From: Takakia lepidozioides
Taxonomy: Eukaryota; Plantae; Bryophyta
Length of the DNA: 64,000 nt
Assembly (NCBI GenBank): GCA_030704615.1
Contig: CM060731.1
Location: forward strand, 8,804,001 to 8,868,000
Reading direction: 5' to 3'
Shown here: piece after piece, positions 13,139 through 26,100 of the stretch
Layout: each line of letters opens with the position of its first letter
Numbering within the stretch: position 1 is the stretch's first letter
Translations under genes and position numbers: made by a program
The notes under the pieces: generated by a model
Told to the model about the DNA's origin: nothing
Databases searched by the model: none
The model's input: the letters and a program-made list of their open reading frames with translations, nothing else

Positions 13139-16100
13139 TCACATAATATCTGGACATTTTTCCCAAGCTTGCTTTTCCCGAGCTTCCCAATATTTGCCAC
13201 CGTAAATCCAAGATGGTTCCACATCACCATCCTCAATACTCTTGACTTGCATCACTCCAGGTTCCCTCTGTGACACATACAGAAACGCATGTTCAGTATC
13301 CAAACGCCTTTACCCACAGCAGGAAAAGAACAAGTTACAGACACAGAAGACCTGTACACATTGCATATGGGTAAGCACTCCTGTGACCACCTTCTGGGAT
13401 GGGGAGACAGAAAGAAATTGGTGTGCAGCTTGTTCGCCTGGCAACTCCCAGTCCCTCTTTCACTTTGCTGTTGGGTGGCCACATAGGATTTGTCTGGCCT
13501 TCTGCATGATCTCCTTCTCTGGGGTTCCTCATTGAAAGGTGGTTTGCACTCTCCCCTTGTCTAACTGATTTTGGCAGCTGATAACTCAGCAGTGCCCATT
13601 GGCTTGCCAAGAATATAAACAAAGGTTATTGTTTATAGAATTCTTCTGGGTGTTCCAGCTTTCCTCCCCAAACCACAAAAAGAACAGAGAATTGAGTAAG
13701 ACCTGCTCAAACCACGAGCACTGCCATTCTCCGCCTTCCTGCTTGCGTGATCGACGCGCCAACCTTTGCTTTTCTTCTAAGCGCAGTTTTTCTGGAGTGG
13801 CTTTTTCCAAGTCTCCCTCTTCCTGTTACTTCGGCCACAATTCCACATGAGTACTAGACACAACTCCACATGCAGCGTACAGAAACTAAGAGAAATCGAC
13901 CACCTCCACAAGTATCGCATGTTTGGTCTCCACATGCATTATTAATGTCCTCAGTAGAGAAACAGGAAAGATATCTCACCAGGGCACGTTGGTCTGGTCG
14001 AAACCTTGAGTCAGTGGGAGGTAGTGCCTCTGCTAATTTGGGCGTCAACTCTGTTCAGAACACCGGAAGAGAGCTTAGGCTTGCAGCAACAAACAGTAGA
14101 AGAAATAAGCGGAAAATGTGGGTCTTCAAATCCATCCAACAATAATTCTAACTGAGAAGGGACAAGACTCGGAAGATTTAAAGGTTACTCCCTCACCATT
14201 AAGGCCGAGAGTGTAGCGCGTGAAGCAATACTGTTGGTGGTAATCTTCAATTGGTTCAGGACTCTTCCAGAGACATCTCACCTTCGGATTATCAATGTCA
14301 AAATTGGTACACGGCTCTGGACATACAAATATTCGGTCCATATAGTTCCCAAAAATTGCATACTGTGGAAATCCTCTGGAATCATAAATCTGAAAAAGCA
14401 CAGGATCAATTATGATGTTACCATGCCTTCTGAGTATGAACTGACGAACCAGCTTTTAGTAAGAAACTCTTTTGTCATCACTGATATCATGGCATATTTT
14501 CTTATTAGTGCCAGTTGCTCCTGTATCATTGTGTTATACGTAGCCAAGAAACACAAGACTCCGAAAGATGAAGAGACTTCAGATAGGTTTGTGCTCAAGG
14601 CACATGGAAACAGAAAGGGGAGAGTTGCTAACCTTGCCACTAATGCGGCATTGCTCCCGGCTGCTTGCTTTATGAAAGCGCACACGGCTCACTTCCCCAG
14701 TCGTGTGATTACGCATTGCAAGCTCCCCATAATTGTCAATCCACACTTTACCGACCACAACATTATGGATGCATAGTGTAACACGGTTCCATGTGAAATG
14801 ATCTTTAAACTTTGGAATCTTCAAATGGGCCGCTCCATTACAAAGTACCTGTGGAAAAAGGATTTCTTCAGTTTACTCGAGGATCCTCAATAAGTCCTTC
14901 CACAGGAGATTGGAACATCCACACTCACATCAATCAATGACAGTGACAGCTATAAAGCTGGAGACTCAAATGACCCAACCTCTATAAGGACAGACAGTCT
15001 CAGGACAGCATGAGCATTTAATGCTACGAGGGGATGTGAATAGGAGTTTACCTCAATGCTTCTTCCCCAAAACTTGTTTACAAGCTCAATTTCTCCATAG
15101 CACATGTAGCTGCCGCTGTTATTTTCACTTTGAAATGCCAAAATTGGCGGATGGTGACTCACCTGTATGCACCAAAGTTCAAAAATTATTCAGACTCCCC
15201 TCTCTGCTGCCTTGACAGTTTGGCACCTACTTACAGTTTTGAAGATTGATTGGAAAGTCAGTGCTACATCTGCACCCCCTGCATAAAGCTCATTCCATAC
15301 AACAAGGAGCCTCTTGCATTCACTGACTTAATCTGGTGCACAAAAACACACATCCCTTCATGACTTCTGATTGCAAGACTTGATTGAAGTGTCCTACCTG
15401 TTCGGCAAGAAACCAGGAACGACCATCATGAAATTCAAATGTTTCCCCCAGCAATGGGTTGAAAGGCTTAGCATCACGGTGAATGCTGCCATAGTAGCTT
15501 GCACAAGTAAAAGTGGTTGCCATTAGCAATCGTTCAAGAGAATCTTCCTCCTGTACTGCCAGCTCTAATAAATCCCTGCACCATACAAGAGCGTAAGTGA
15601 GGTGGCTGAAAAATGCCCAACAGATAAATACAGGTACTCTCCTCCAGATAGACTGTTCACCAGATGGTTGCTCAGGCTCTCTCACCGGAGAGAACAGGAA
15701 GGGAGAGAATTTGTTGGCCAGCAGGTTACAGAGGCTCTCTTCACAGAGCAAAGAGACAGGGATGCACACATCCGGATGCCCTCCTTTATCCTGTGGCCAA
15801 ATCTCAATCAGCACACACCTATGCCCTTTCTTCCCACTCTTCTTCTTTGAGCACATGAAAAATCTTTGCAAATCCAAATATTTCAGTCATTGATGACTGT
15901 CCCCATTGTTGAGGTGAATAGATGTCTCACCGATACTGTAGTTCTTCAGCACATTTCTGAAGGACAGAGAGAGGCTCGTTAATGGTTGCCGGCATTGTGA
16001 TGTGGTTGAGATCTCTGCCCACGGCATTCTTGAGGACTGTCCAGACCGAGAAACCTCGTGACAGAGGTCTGGGAGCAGGTAACCTACAGATAACCACCAG

Positions 16101-19100
16101 CATCAGAGAGAGAGACAGGGAAGGTAATGGGAGGGAACAGACACTTTGAAAGACAGACAGCCCAAAGTTAACTAACCACAAGTTGCTTTAGAAGAGATTT
16201 TGTACAAGCTTTGAGACAAGGGTAGGGTAAGAAATGTGTAGAACGACAGATGAAGGACATGTAGGGTAGTAAAATGGGGGATGCACCTTGTCCTGGGCTG
16301 GTCAAGTTCCTCCCCTTCAGCCTCTGACAACATGTCAGTCTCCACAGTGTAGTCCCCTTCTTCTGGGGGCTCTTGGGTCCAGCCAGCTCTGTTGACCAAG
16401 CTTTCGTGCTCTTCTGGAGATGTGACCCGGGCCATACAGTCATGATGGGTAGTAAAATGAGGGATGCACCTTGTACTGGGTTGGTCAAGTTCCTCCCCTT
16501 CAGCCTCTGACAACATGTCAGTCTCCACAGTGTAGTCCCCTTCCTCTGGGGGCTCTTGGGTCCAGCCAGCTCTGTCGACCAAGCTTCCATGCTCGTCTGG
16601 AGATGTGACCCGGGCCATAAAGTCATGTTGATTTAGCACCTCCAGTGCTTCAAAGTATTCCTGCAATTTGGCAAAATTGGAGGGGAAAGTGATTCCATCC
16701 AGAAAATAAACAACTGCCCTGAAAATATGCTATAACAAAGAGAAAGTTGCGCTTGATAAAACCCAGTGCACACTACAGATCATCATGCACCTGAGGCATC
16801 GAGCTCCAAAGGCTGCAAGAATATTTGGATTGTAAAGAGCTAAAAAAAGCACAACTTTTTGAGAAACAAGTGGGAGGCTCATATTGTAACCTAGAGCCTG
16901 GAGAGAAGTCAGTGAAACACTGAACAGATAATTCTTATGCTGGATCAAGCTTAATTTGACAAGCAAGAGATCAAACGACAGTGCCAAGCCTGTCATTCAC
17001 GTTGAAAGACCGAAGATCAACAGATTTAATCTGGGAAGTATGCCTGATATCGCTGTCATCATACCTCATTTGTAAGCTCTGTGTGTACAATCGAAATTTC
17101 ATCCTCCGTATCGTCACCTTCACCATCACCGTCCTCTCCATCTATCTCCCTGTTGAGAGCAGTGTTATCACGCCCACATGCACACTCATTCTGTACCCGA
17201 ACAAAAACATGCTGTAAGACAGGTATCATTGCAAACAGTCTCTTCATATCAGTCCTCAATGATGCAAGAGGAGCAGTGAGATGAAGAGAGTGTGAAATAG
17301 TGACAACGGTTGAGCTCTTACCTTAGGTTGTTGTATACTAAAATGCGACTGAAGAGAATATGGAAGCAGAGTGTATTCCATCCTTAAACATTGTAGGCAC
17401 AAGAGGTAGAACTATGTCCAGCAATAGGTTACCTTCAGCCTCTCCCGTAAGTTCAAGAGGGCCACCCGATCTTGCTGCAGTTGTGGCAGCAATGCTAGGG
17501 ACTCCTGAAGCACTGCATTTTCAGCCTCCAATTCGAGTATGCGGTGGATCTCTTCTTTCAATGCCTGTGCACAAGACAAAGAATAGTCGCCCTCACTTCT
17601 TGACATCTTGTCAGGCAGGATTAACACTGGTACTTATATAGGAGGGTACTTATGAGTGCTTGCAACACATAACAGATAAACAAATGGCATTGGTAAGAGG
17701 GCTTCCCCAAGAATGCAGAGGAAATACAGGTGTGAACATTCCCTCTGGTATCAGTTGTAGGAGTTTCCTAGCCAAGGTATCTCTCTCGAACTACAGGAAT
17801 ATTGAAACTGTATAGAAAAACCCTGGAAAACACTGCTAACCTCTGCAAATGTGTTCTGCATGCAGTTCCAAGCAGCATGAAGAGGGCCTTCGACAAACAA
17901 TTCACTATTTCCAGGGGTTGGATGGGATGACAAAACTCCTTGAGAGTCTTCATTAGTAAGCGAGAAATTGACTGCAGCCAACCCTGGCTCAACTCCAGTG
18001 ATTGAATGATTCCCCACTCCACCCAATCTGCTGGCTCCCTGATCCGTCAAGCCTGAGTCATTCTCCTTACAACTCATAGATAGGTCCACTTCCAGCTCTC
18101 CTCTGATGTTTGTTTTGAGTTCTTCACTGGATGTTGGGGTAATCACAAAGTTAGGGTCACTCCCCATGCTCTTCCACAGCGTCACAGCCTGGTCCTCCGC
18201 CCCCAGTTCAGGCTCTGACAAGTGTCCATTCTGCAGCAAACCCAAACCATGTGCACCCCTCTTTCGCACTGTAACATCCTCTGCCCCAATGCAGCTGCCG
18301 TCTTGAAGAAGCATATACTCTCGATTGCCAAGACTTCCTTCCATTGGAAAAGACAGACTTCTGCACCGATTTCTTAAAACGTTCTTCCCGCCTGACAATA
18401 GTTGCACTGGAACTGATTTTTGAGACCTGGAGCAGAGACATGCAACTGGACTTTTAACTATTAATCCCAAGTTGAACGTTCGGGCTATCGACTGGCTGCT
18501 TGCAAACCGCAGAGACCCAATGGTTAGGTTCGCAGCTTCTGTTGGGAGTCCAAACAACGATATATCTATATACGAGCACACAATCGCTTGGTTTTGTCAA
18601 TAATTCAAAATAACATGGCAGAGCGCAGTTATACAGAAGCTTTAAGACAAATCTAATCTTCTTACACACACAGAACACACAACTGACCTGATGGCACGTT
18701 TCCCTTGTCGACTTTCATGGTCTCCTTTCCACTTGAAAAGAGATTTTGATCTATTTCTCTGACGGCTGCCATTTTCTTGTACCAACTGTACAGGCAAATT
18801 AACTCCCGAGAGATTTTGTGGAGGAGAAGCTGGCAGTATCTCAGATGAAGATAAGTTTTTTTCACAGGAGACAGTTGTCATGAGGTGATGGGAAGCAACC
18901 GGATCGAACACCTCTCTGTGTGGTCGCACTCTTCTCTGTGGCGGACTTGGGGTTGCTTTCTTAGACACCAGAGAGTGGTCAGTGAACCCCAGGGCCCCCG
19001 AGATGACTGTTAACGAATGCTGCAGGATTTGTAATTGCTGCAAGAAAGCTGCAAGCATGGCAAAGTACGAGAACTACATTGGTACAGTGGTCCTTTGTCT

Positions 19101-21689
19101 TTCAACTTGTGCTATTGTTAGTTTCTGTCTTTCTTTCTCTCTCTGTTTACCTCTCCCCAAGATTGAAATGCTGGAATGAGCAATTTAATCATCAATGGTG
19201 GTGAGAAAGGTCAAGAATAGCCTATTAATAACCTGATTAACTAGACCCCACATGGGCTATATTTGTTGGGACTGTGGTTGCAGCCCACAATAGAGCCAAC
19301 ATCCATGAAAGAAATCTAGCGCTATCTATAACACAGTCTAAGGAAATGATTTCCAAAGGCAGAATGGCAAAATGGACTTGTGTGGAACCCAAAAAGCTTG
19401 ACAAGAGTATAGAAATATGAACAGATGCCTCCGATTGAACCAGGAATTCCTCTATACTCCAACCAGAAACAGCAGAAAAGAATCCCAATAGGGCTTGACA
19501 CGCAGAATGCTTACAGACCATCAATAAATAAGCCAGAAAAACAGACAGAAACTCCAATAGTCAGGCAGGAATCTGGTAGAGACCAGGTAGTACCCTGCCT
19601 AGGAGCCTCCAAGTCCTGAAGGCGCTCCTCAAGCCTTCTGTTCAGCTCTTTCTCCTGCTCCTCCCACTCCTCTCTCGCATGCTGTGTAATAGAGATGCAT
19701 GCCTATTCAGGCACAAACACTTGCTGCATCTTTCCATCAACTAAAACTGCTATAAGACAAAAGTCTCTTAAGATGTACTTCAAACCATGGTTCATACCTA
19801 ACCACAATCACAGGTTGAAGTACATATGTTCGTATGCAAAGAGTGTGGCAAAGGTGACATTACCGAAGGAATCGATTGTTGTGGTAACAAAGAGTGCCCA
19901 GGCCCTGCTCCTACGGCCGCCTTCTGAACAGACTTGGTGTAGACGCGCATTGATTCTTGAATAGCATCCAGCCATGCCTGCATGCCATCCATCCATACAC
20001 CATCCTTAACACAGATTGTCCAACTACATTATTGTTCCAATATGGAGTGATCTTACCAATTTGCCTTACGGCATACAAAAAGGTGAGATGGGTGACGCAT
20101 GCCTCATGACAAGATTAGGAGAAGGGTTTTCTAACTATATCCAGTGATAAATGCTGCCTACAAATACAAGAGAGCAAAGACCTGGTCAATAGGTTGGCCA
20201 ATCCTGCAAAAGAGATATTGGAAATTTTACAATCTTAACTTCTAAACAGGCCTTCATAATTAAGGTCAACTTACAAAGGTTTTTGTTGCCAGCACCAGAG
20301 TCAGAAAGGTTGTTTGGGCCACCAAACAAGCCCGGCCAATTTTCTCGAGCAGCCTACCATTAGACTTGCTTACTCAGGTGAGATTTCTGTGGATATCCCA
20401 CATTGTTCAAGCTTGATGTTGAAAGTGTCTATGGATATTCTTTGCACTAAAGTGTGCAGTCAGACAGAAACTGCGCTCAAGTAACCTAATGCAAACCAGG
20501 CCTTGGCTAATACAACCAGCCTGTCTATACTATTTCAGTTCCCTTCACTTGCACAATGTCCAGAATATAATACCCTTTTGAGCCTACTCAAAAGTTCCAT
20601 GCAGCTTCATACAACCCACAGCTTTAAACACAATCGAATACCTGTCGATAGTCACGGTTGGTAGCTCGCAAGTGATACACCATGGAGCCCTTCATTATCT
20701 TGAATTGCCGCTCCTTCCCTATGGCTGGGACTACAGTTGCCTCCTGCAATGCCAAACTACATGAGTGAAGGTCCTTGCCCTACTCCTTTGATTCCATGCT
20801 ACCAAAACCCTCTCTTCTACCCTGTGGTTTGGACTACAGTTGCCCCCTGTGATGCCAAATCGCATGCGTGAAGGTGGCGGCCCTACTCCTGCTACAGCAG
20901 AAACCCTCCCTCTCATTGTCTCCCCCTCTCTGGGCAACAAGAAATATGGAAAACGACAAAGATGCTTACAAGGAGGCTGATGCAGCCTGGCCGACCGATT
21001 TGATCTGAGTTCTTGTAGTGAAGCAGTAGGCCAGGCGGGTGAGCCACGAACCAGCGGCGACGCCAGCGTTTGAATCTGCCAGCCCAAACCAGGACCCACC
21101 CTGCTGGGGGCTGCCCACTGGAATTAAAAGAGCTACTCACCAAGCTCCTATGCCACCTCCGAGGATCATAAATGCGCCTGTTCCCATCCCTCAACAGTAT
21201 GATAGTCCATAACCCATTCCATTCTGGAAAGCGCGGTGGAACTCTAGCCACAACTTTTCTGCCGCAATGTGTTGACCGATCACCAACTCCACGAACAAAG
21301 AAAAAGCCTATTTTGCTCTAGCGGTTGTCACAAGATACACATGTCTCTGCCCCGTTCCAATGGCTTCACAATCATGTCTTTGTGGTATCATCAATCGGGT
21401 ACCGCATTCTGAGATTTTCCAGCAACCGCGGATTGACCGGATTTACTGTCACGAGGTCGATGGCAATGTCCCAGCTTGTAGACACTCAAATGAATTCTCG
21501 AACTGGGGACACTCAAATGCTATACAGAGGGGTGATCTCAAACATAGCTTCAAAGATTACAAAGAAAAACGTACAGTTTAGGAATTCCCTGTCCAGAGAC
21601 ATGATTGCAACCTACCTATTCGAATGCGTTGCCTCCTTCGTGATGGAAGAGCGCCGCTGCCGCCGGCGCTGCTGGGCCATAATTTCCAT
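13139..21689 (-). CDS. Oxysterol-binding protein-related protein (ORP) with N-terminal PH domain, multi-exon
   Basis: PH exons (GWVLVWAGRFKRWRRRWFV; QFKIMKGSMVYHLRA; AWLDAIQES), FFAT-like EYFEALE, and OSBP domain motifs SVWTVLKNAVGRDLNHITMPATINEPLSVLQ, KPFNPLLGETFE, AEQVSHHPP, FTWNRVTLCIHNVVVGKVWIDNYG, LPPTDSRFRPDQRAL, EKLRLEEKQR. The last exon reads SWIYGGKYWEAREKQAWEKCPDIM* with the stop at 13139-13141. Confidence 0.93.
16264..16628 (-). repeat. 183-bp (61-codon) tandem duplication spanning an ORP exon end and donor site
   Basis: Two near-identical copies of H(D)xMARVTSP...GEELDQPxTR|CIPHFTT, each containing AG|GTGCAT. Confidence 0.9.
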
Positions 21690-23172
21690 ACGTGCTTTGA
21701 AATTTTGGTGGAGTCCCAATCCCAGTCGAAGCAGGGATATAGGGAGGGAGAAAAGAGAATCCTTCACTCCTAAAAACGCGTCATCTCAAGCACCGTGTGC
21801 GATCATCACGAGATACTGACGACGATGACGCAAAGCGAACGCAGAGCTGCCGCATTAACGCAAGCTTCATAAATAGACATGTCTGCTACAAACGCCGAAG
21901 AAAAAACATGCCGCCAACGACCTGATTCAGCCGATCGTCAAAGGTGCGATGCAGGAATCCAAATTTCGCATGTCAAGCAATCTACGCACACATCTGTGCT
22001 GCACTTGCACAATTCCAAACGAAAGGAAAAAACTTCACACGATCGATCCATGTCACGAGCATCTCATCAGCTGCTGGGCACATCCCCTTTATCTGTCTGG
22101 CCCCTCTTTGGCTCCCCCTTCGTCGCCATAGCCCGCGTATCTTGTACACGCCCCTCTCTCTTCTCCGAAGGAGCGGCCACGATTGGCTCAAGCTGTCATC
22201 CAAAGGTGTAAGTACGACCGCGTGGACTCACGAGGGGGTGCGTTGATGACAAGCCGCGGTAAAGAAACGGGATTACCGGCGACACGCACGTGCGAATAGT
22301 GTTTCGGTGGATGTAAAGAATAAGTGTGATGGATGTCAGATTTCGTGCATTAGTCGAAAGAGCCAATGAGTCAATTGGGCCCGTCAATAAGTGCGCAATT
22401 TCTCCCTCTCATGCCGCCTGATTGGCCACCAACGCATCCACCGCCAGACTGTGGGTCCGACTGTATGATGCGCATGCAGCTGGAGGCATAAAAGACACTG
22501 CCAAGGAGCCATGCCAGATTTTTCCAGCAAACAGATCACAGAAACAACAAGCTTAGATTCATGGCTTAACAAGTTAGTTATGATCTGAGCTTACTGTAAC
22601 TGAGTAGTCACTCTGTGGGCCTAATGCAACTGTGGCTCTTAAAAGTCTTCGAACTGTTTCACCTTGCTATGAGGGGTAGAACGATTGTGGATTATGTCAA
22701 TCTGGAAGGATTGAATAGAACCTTATTGTTTTCAACTAGAGCCAGAGTGGGTCAGGAGCCCATTCATCACTCACAACAGGCTGGTACACCCTAGACTGCG
22801 CATGTCGTGGCCCTGTGCAGTTGGACTTGACTCCGGATAATAATGTTTCTCTGCAAGCCTAAGTATCAGCTGGCAATTGGACCAACAATGGCACTGCTCA
22901 TCTGCGTAGATGTGTATCTGCAAGTAGCTACCTGTAAGCCAGCTAAGTAAAATGCTGGCGCAGAACCCTTTCAAAATCTTTGTTGAAGGTCCTCTCCTTG
23001 TAGAATTGCTCTTTCAAGATAATACAACAGGAAGCCTCTACACCTACCAGAACATTACCATATAATGTGCTTGCACAAATAACAGAGATTTGCAATTTAG
23101 CTATTGTTGACTGACACGCAGGGCACTAGCACAATCATACGCAGAAGTCAGAAGCCGATTTGCAACAGATGG

Positions 23173-26100
23173 TTACTTGATAATTGCCAAAATTGATTCG
23201 AGCATACGGAGGCGTTCTCGGAAGCCCTTGTCATCCAAGAAGTGAAGAACCCAGCTGGCCACAGTTTCGTTGAGCCCACGAACCCGCAAATAATGTTCAA
23301 ACTCAGCCTTCAACTTATCACTGAGTTTCCTCCTATACAAATTTCACCAGTTGACAGGGAGTCAGTAATTACTGCAGTGTACGACTTCAGCTCCAACAGT
23401 GTAAGGCTGTTTGCGTACACATAGATCGAGAGAAAGTCATCTACAAGAGCAAATGGATGTGTTTCCTGAAAGTAGAGAGAGGTCAGCAAGCCAACAAGCA
23501 GTCTTGTTGGACTTTGCTTGCCATAGCCTTAGCCCAGTTTGAATGGGGCAGAAAATGTGGGGAGCTGGGGATGAGAGGAGAGCAGAATGCAGGTGAGTGC
23601 AATATCCAACAGCTTGCTTATAGACTTAGGAATATGTAAAGCTGGTGGACACAGGAGGGAGGGGGAGCCGACCAATTCAAGACCAGTAAGAAGGTTGCTT
23701 ACTAGAAAGAAAGGAATCTGATGTGGACTGCAGATGCGATAAAATATAGGAATTGAACCTAATATAAAAGCACGCCTATTCAACTGATGTGTTTTCATGG
23801 TGGCAGCTGGTTGGACCTGAAGTATGATATGCCTGCATCGCCAAATGCAGGCAACCCCCTAAGTTTGCAAAGAAGCTTTTTCGAATCTCTCAGGACTCAC
23901 AAGGTGGAATCCATACTTGACAGGGGGTTTGCTCATGTAACAAAACATCTCTCTTGTCCATTAAAAACCTCCAGCTACAGCAGGGAGGGCTAGTATACAT
24001 TTGAGAGACTGCTTGGCTTGATTCCGAGCTAGAGAGCTGATGGGTGCAGACCCGAAGATGTACTTACCTGAAATTGGGTGTGTATTGGTCATCATCCACA
24101 GCCTTCAAACAGTTGATATCCCGATATTGGATGTAGTTGACTTGAAATCCCTCTGTGTAGCAGTCACAGCAGATCTCAAGAGCCTCTCCCCCACCTTTTG
24201 TGATACACATTGTGAAGACCACAGATAACTCTTCAACCGTACCTGTTTCTCGTGGATGGTGCTGTAGCTCACATGTAATTTGTATGTCTTCTTCCCCATT
24301 CATCCGCTGTAAAATCACTTCCATCTGGCCAGGCTTATCCAAATACTTGAATGGTTTGGGTGGTGCCTCCTTATATCCCTGCATAGTACCTGCCACCTAG
24401 CGCTGAGAAATTACCAATGTCTCTCTCCTCTGTCAATTTGAAGTAATGCTTAGAGAGGAGAGAAAACATCAAGGGGAATCAGTGGGTCCTATGGTATGTC
24501 AACTGATAGTTTGATTGATGTCTGAACTTGTTTTGGTTGTGGATGACCATTGTAACTCAGGATTAAACAACTGGTCTTAGGCAACACTTTATGACTTCTA
24601 TGAATACCTCACGATGACTTTGATGGTGGAGATTAAATACCGAAAACTTGGTTTTTAAGTGAAACTTAACTTGTCTATCTGCAAGTGACAGATTATCAGT
24701 GGGGTTTATCTGACTTTCCTCCTGACATTGTACAACATTGCTGAAAGCCTGCATCATTTCCTCTATGAGTACTGATGACCTTCAGCAGTGCATAGAATAT
24801 GACATTGCTGTGGCCCTGCATGTGCTGCACTATGAACATTGGTCACTATGACCTGTGCGGTGAATTCTCCCTCCATTGTGCGTTAAGAAAGTCTATGGAT
24901 TCGTGATGGCGGTATGGTATCATTAGAATCACAAGACGAGCAGTTTTTTGTTGTGTTGGACTGTAAAGGAGCTGATTCTCTCTTGCTTTCACTCTCTCTG
25001 GGTTTGGGGTTTAGGGTTTTAGAGTTTAGCCGTGTTGCATGCCTTGAGAAGAAGTGATTCTCTCTCTCACTCTCTCTCTCTCCTAAGTTTAAATTTAAAC
25101 TCAGGGCAGGAAGCCTACCTTTGAACAGTAAACAGAAGCAGAGAGGAAAGGGAGAGTGCAATTGCCCGTTGTGTGGGCAACCCAAAGACAATATTCATTT
25201 TCTGATTCACTGTCCGGGGTACTCTCACCAGAGAGAAGCTCTCCTCCAATCTATCAAAAGAATTGTGCCTGTACCTCTGTTTAGCAACTTTGAAAGTCTC
25301 GAGGCTGAGCCAAAAGCCCAGGCCCTTCTGAGGCCTAGTTTTTGGGCTAATCACACACAGCAGATTGATGCTTGTGTGAAGGGATTTCTAGAGGATATCT
25401 GGAAAACCCGAATCAATTCTATTTATAAAGGTAAGTCTTACTACCAATGTCAGCCCCTGACAGAGGTAGGTTCTGTCCCTTTGGTTTCCGCTCAAACTGG
25501 GCGCGGGGTCAATGGCCACAAGGCTACGGCAAACGTCATCTTATGAGTACATTCTCTCTCTCTCCTAGAGGAGTAATTGCTTGTATGAAGGTAAGTAACA
25601 CTACCCGAGTGAGCCCCTCACAAAGGTAGTCTCTGCTTTTCTTCCCCCCAAACTGGGCGCAGCATCTATGGCCACAAACAAAGTCTTATAAGTACATCTC
25701 TCCCTCACTCCCTCTCTCTCGCTCTCTCTCTCTCTGTAAACATCTTGAGGCTGAGGTGCAAATCTTGTGGCTAAGCTCAAACCCCTGGGCCTTAATGCTG
25801 GGCAGCTCTCACACAGCAGATTCGTGCTTGTGTGAAGGGCTTTCTAGAGGATATCTGGAAAGCCGAACTACTTGTTTATACCAAGGTAAGTCCCACTACC
25901 AGAGTGAGCCCTGGTGTCTGTTCCCTTTTGTCCTCTCTCTTTCTCTCTCTCTCTCTCTCTCTGGAGTACTCCCTGGAGTGTGATCTCTGAATGGTAACAA
26001 GTGGACTCCTACCGCTTGGGGGCAGCCCCTCCGCCCAAATTGGGCAGTCGTATGCTCTGTCTAGCATACTCGGCACTCGGGCTCGGGTTGGTTCCTGTGC

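Noticed and set aside
25000-25029. Short TTTAGGG-like run next to a LINE fragment
   Set aside because: Only about four degenerate units; too short to call an interstitial telomere or telomerase-healed site.
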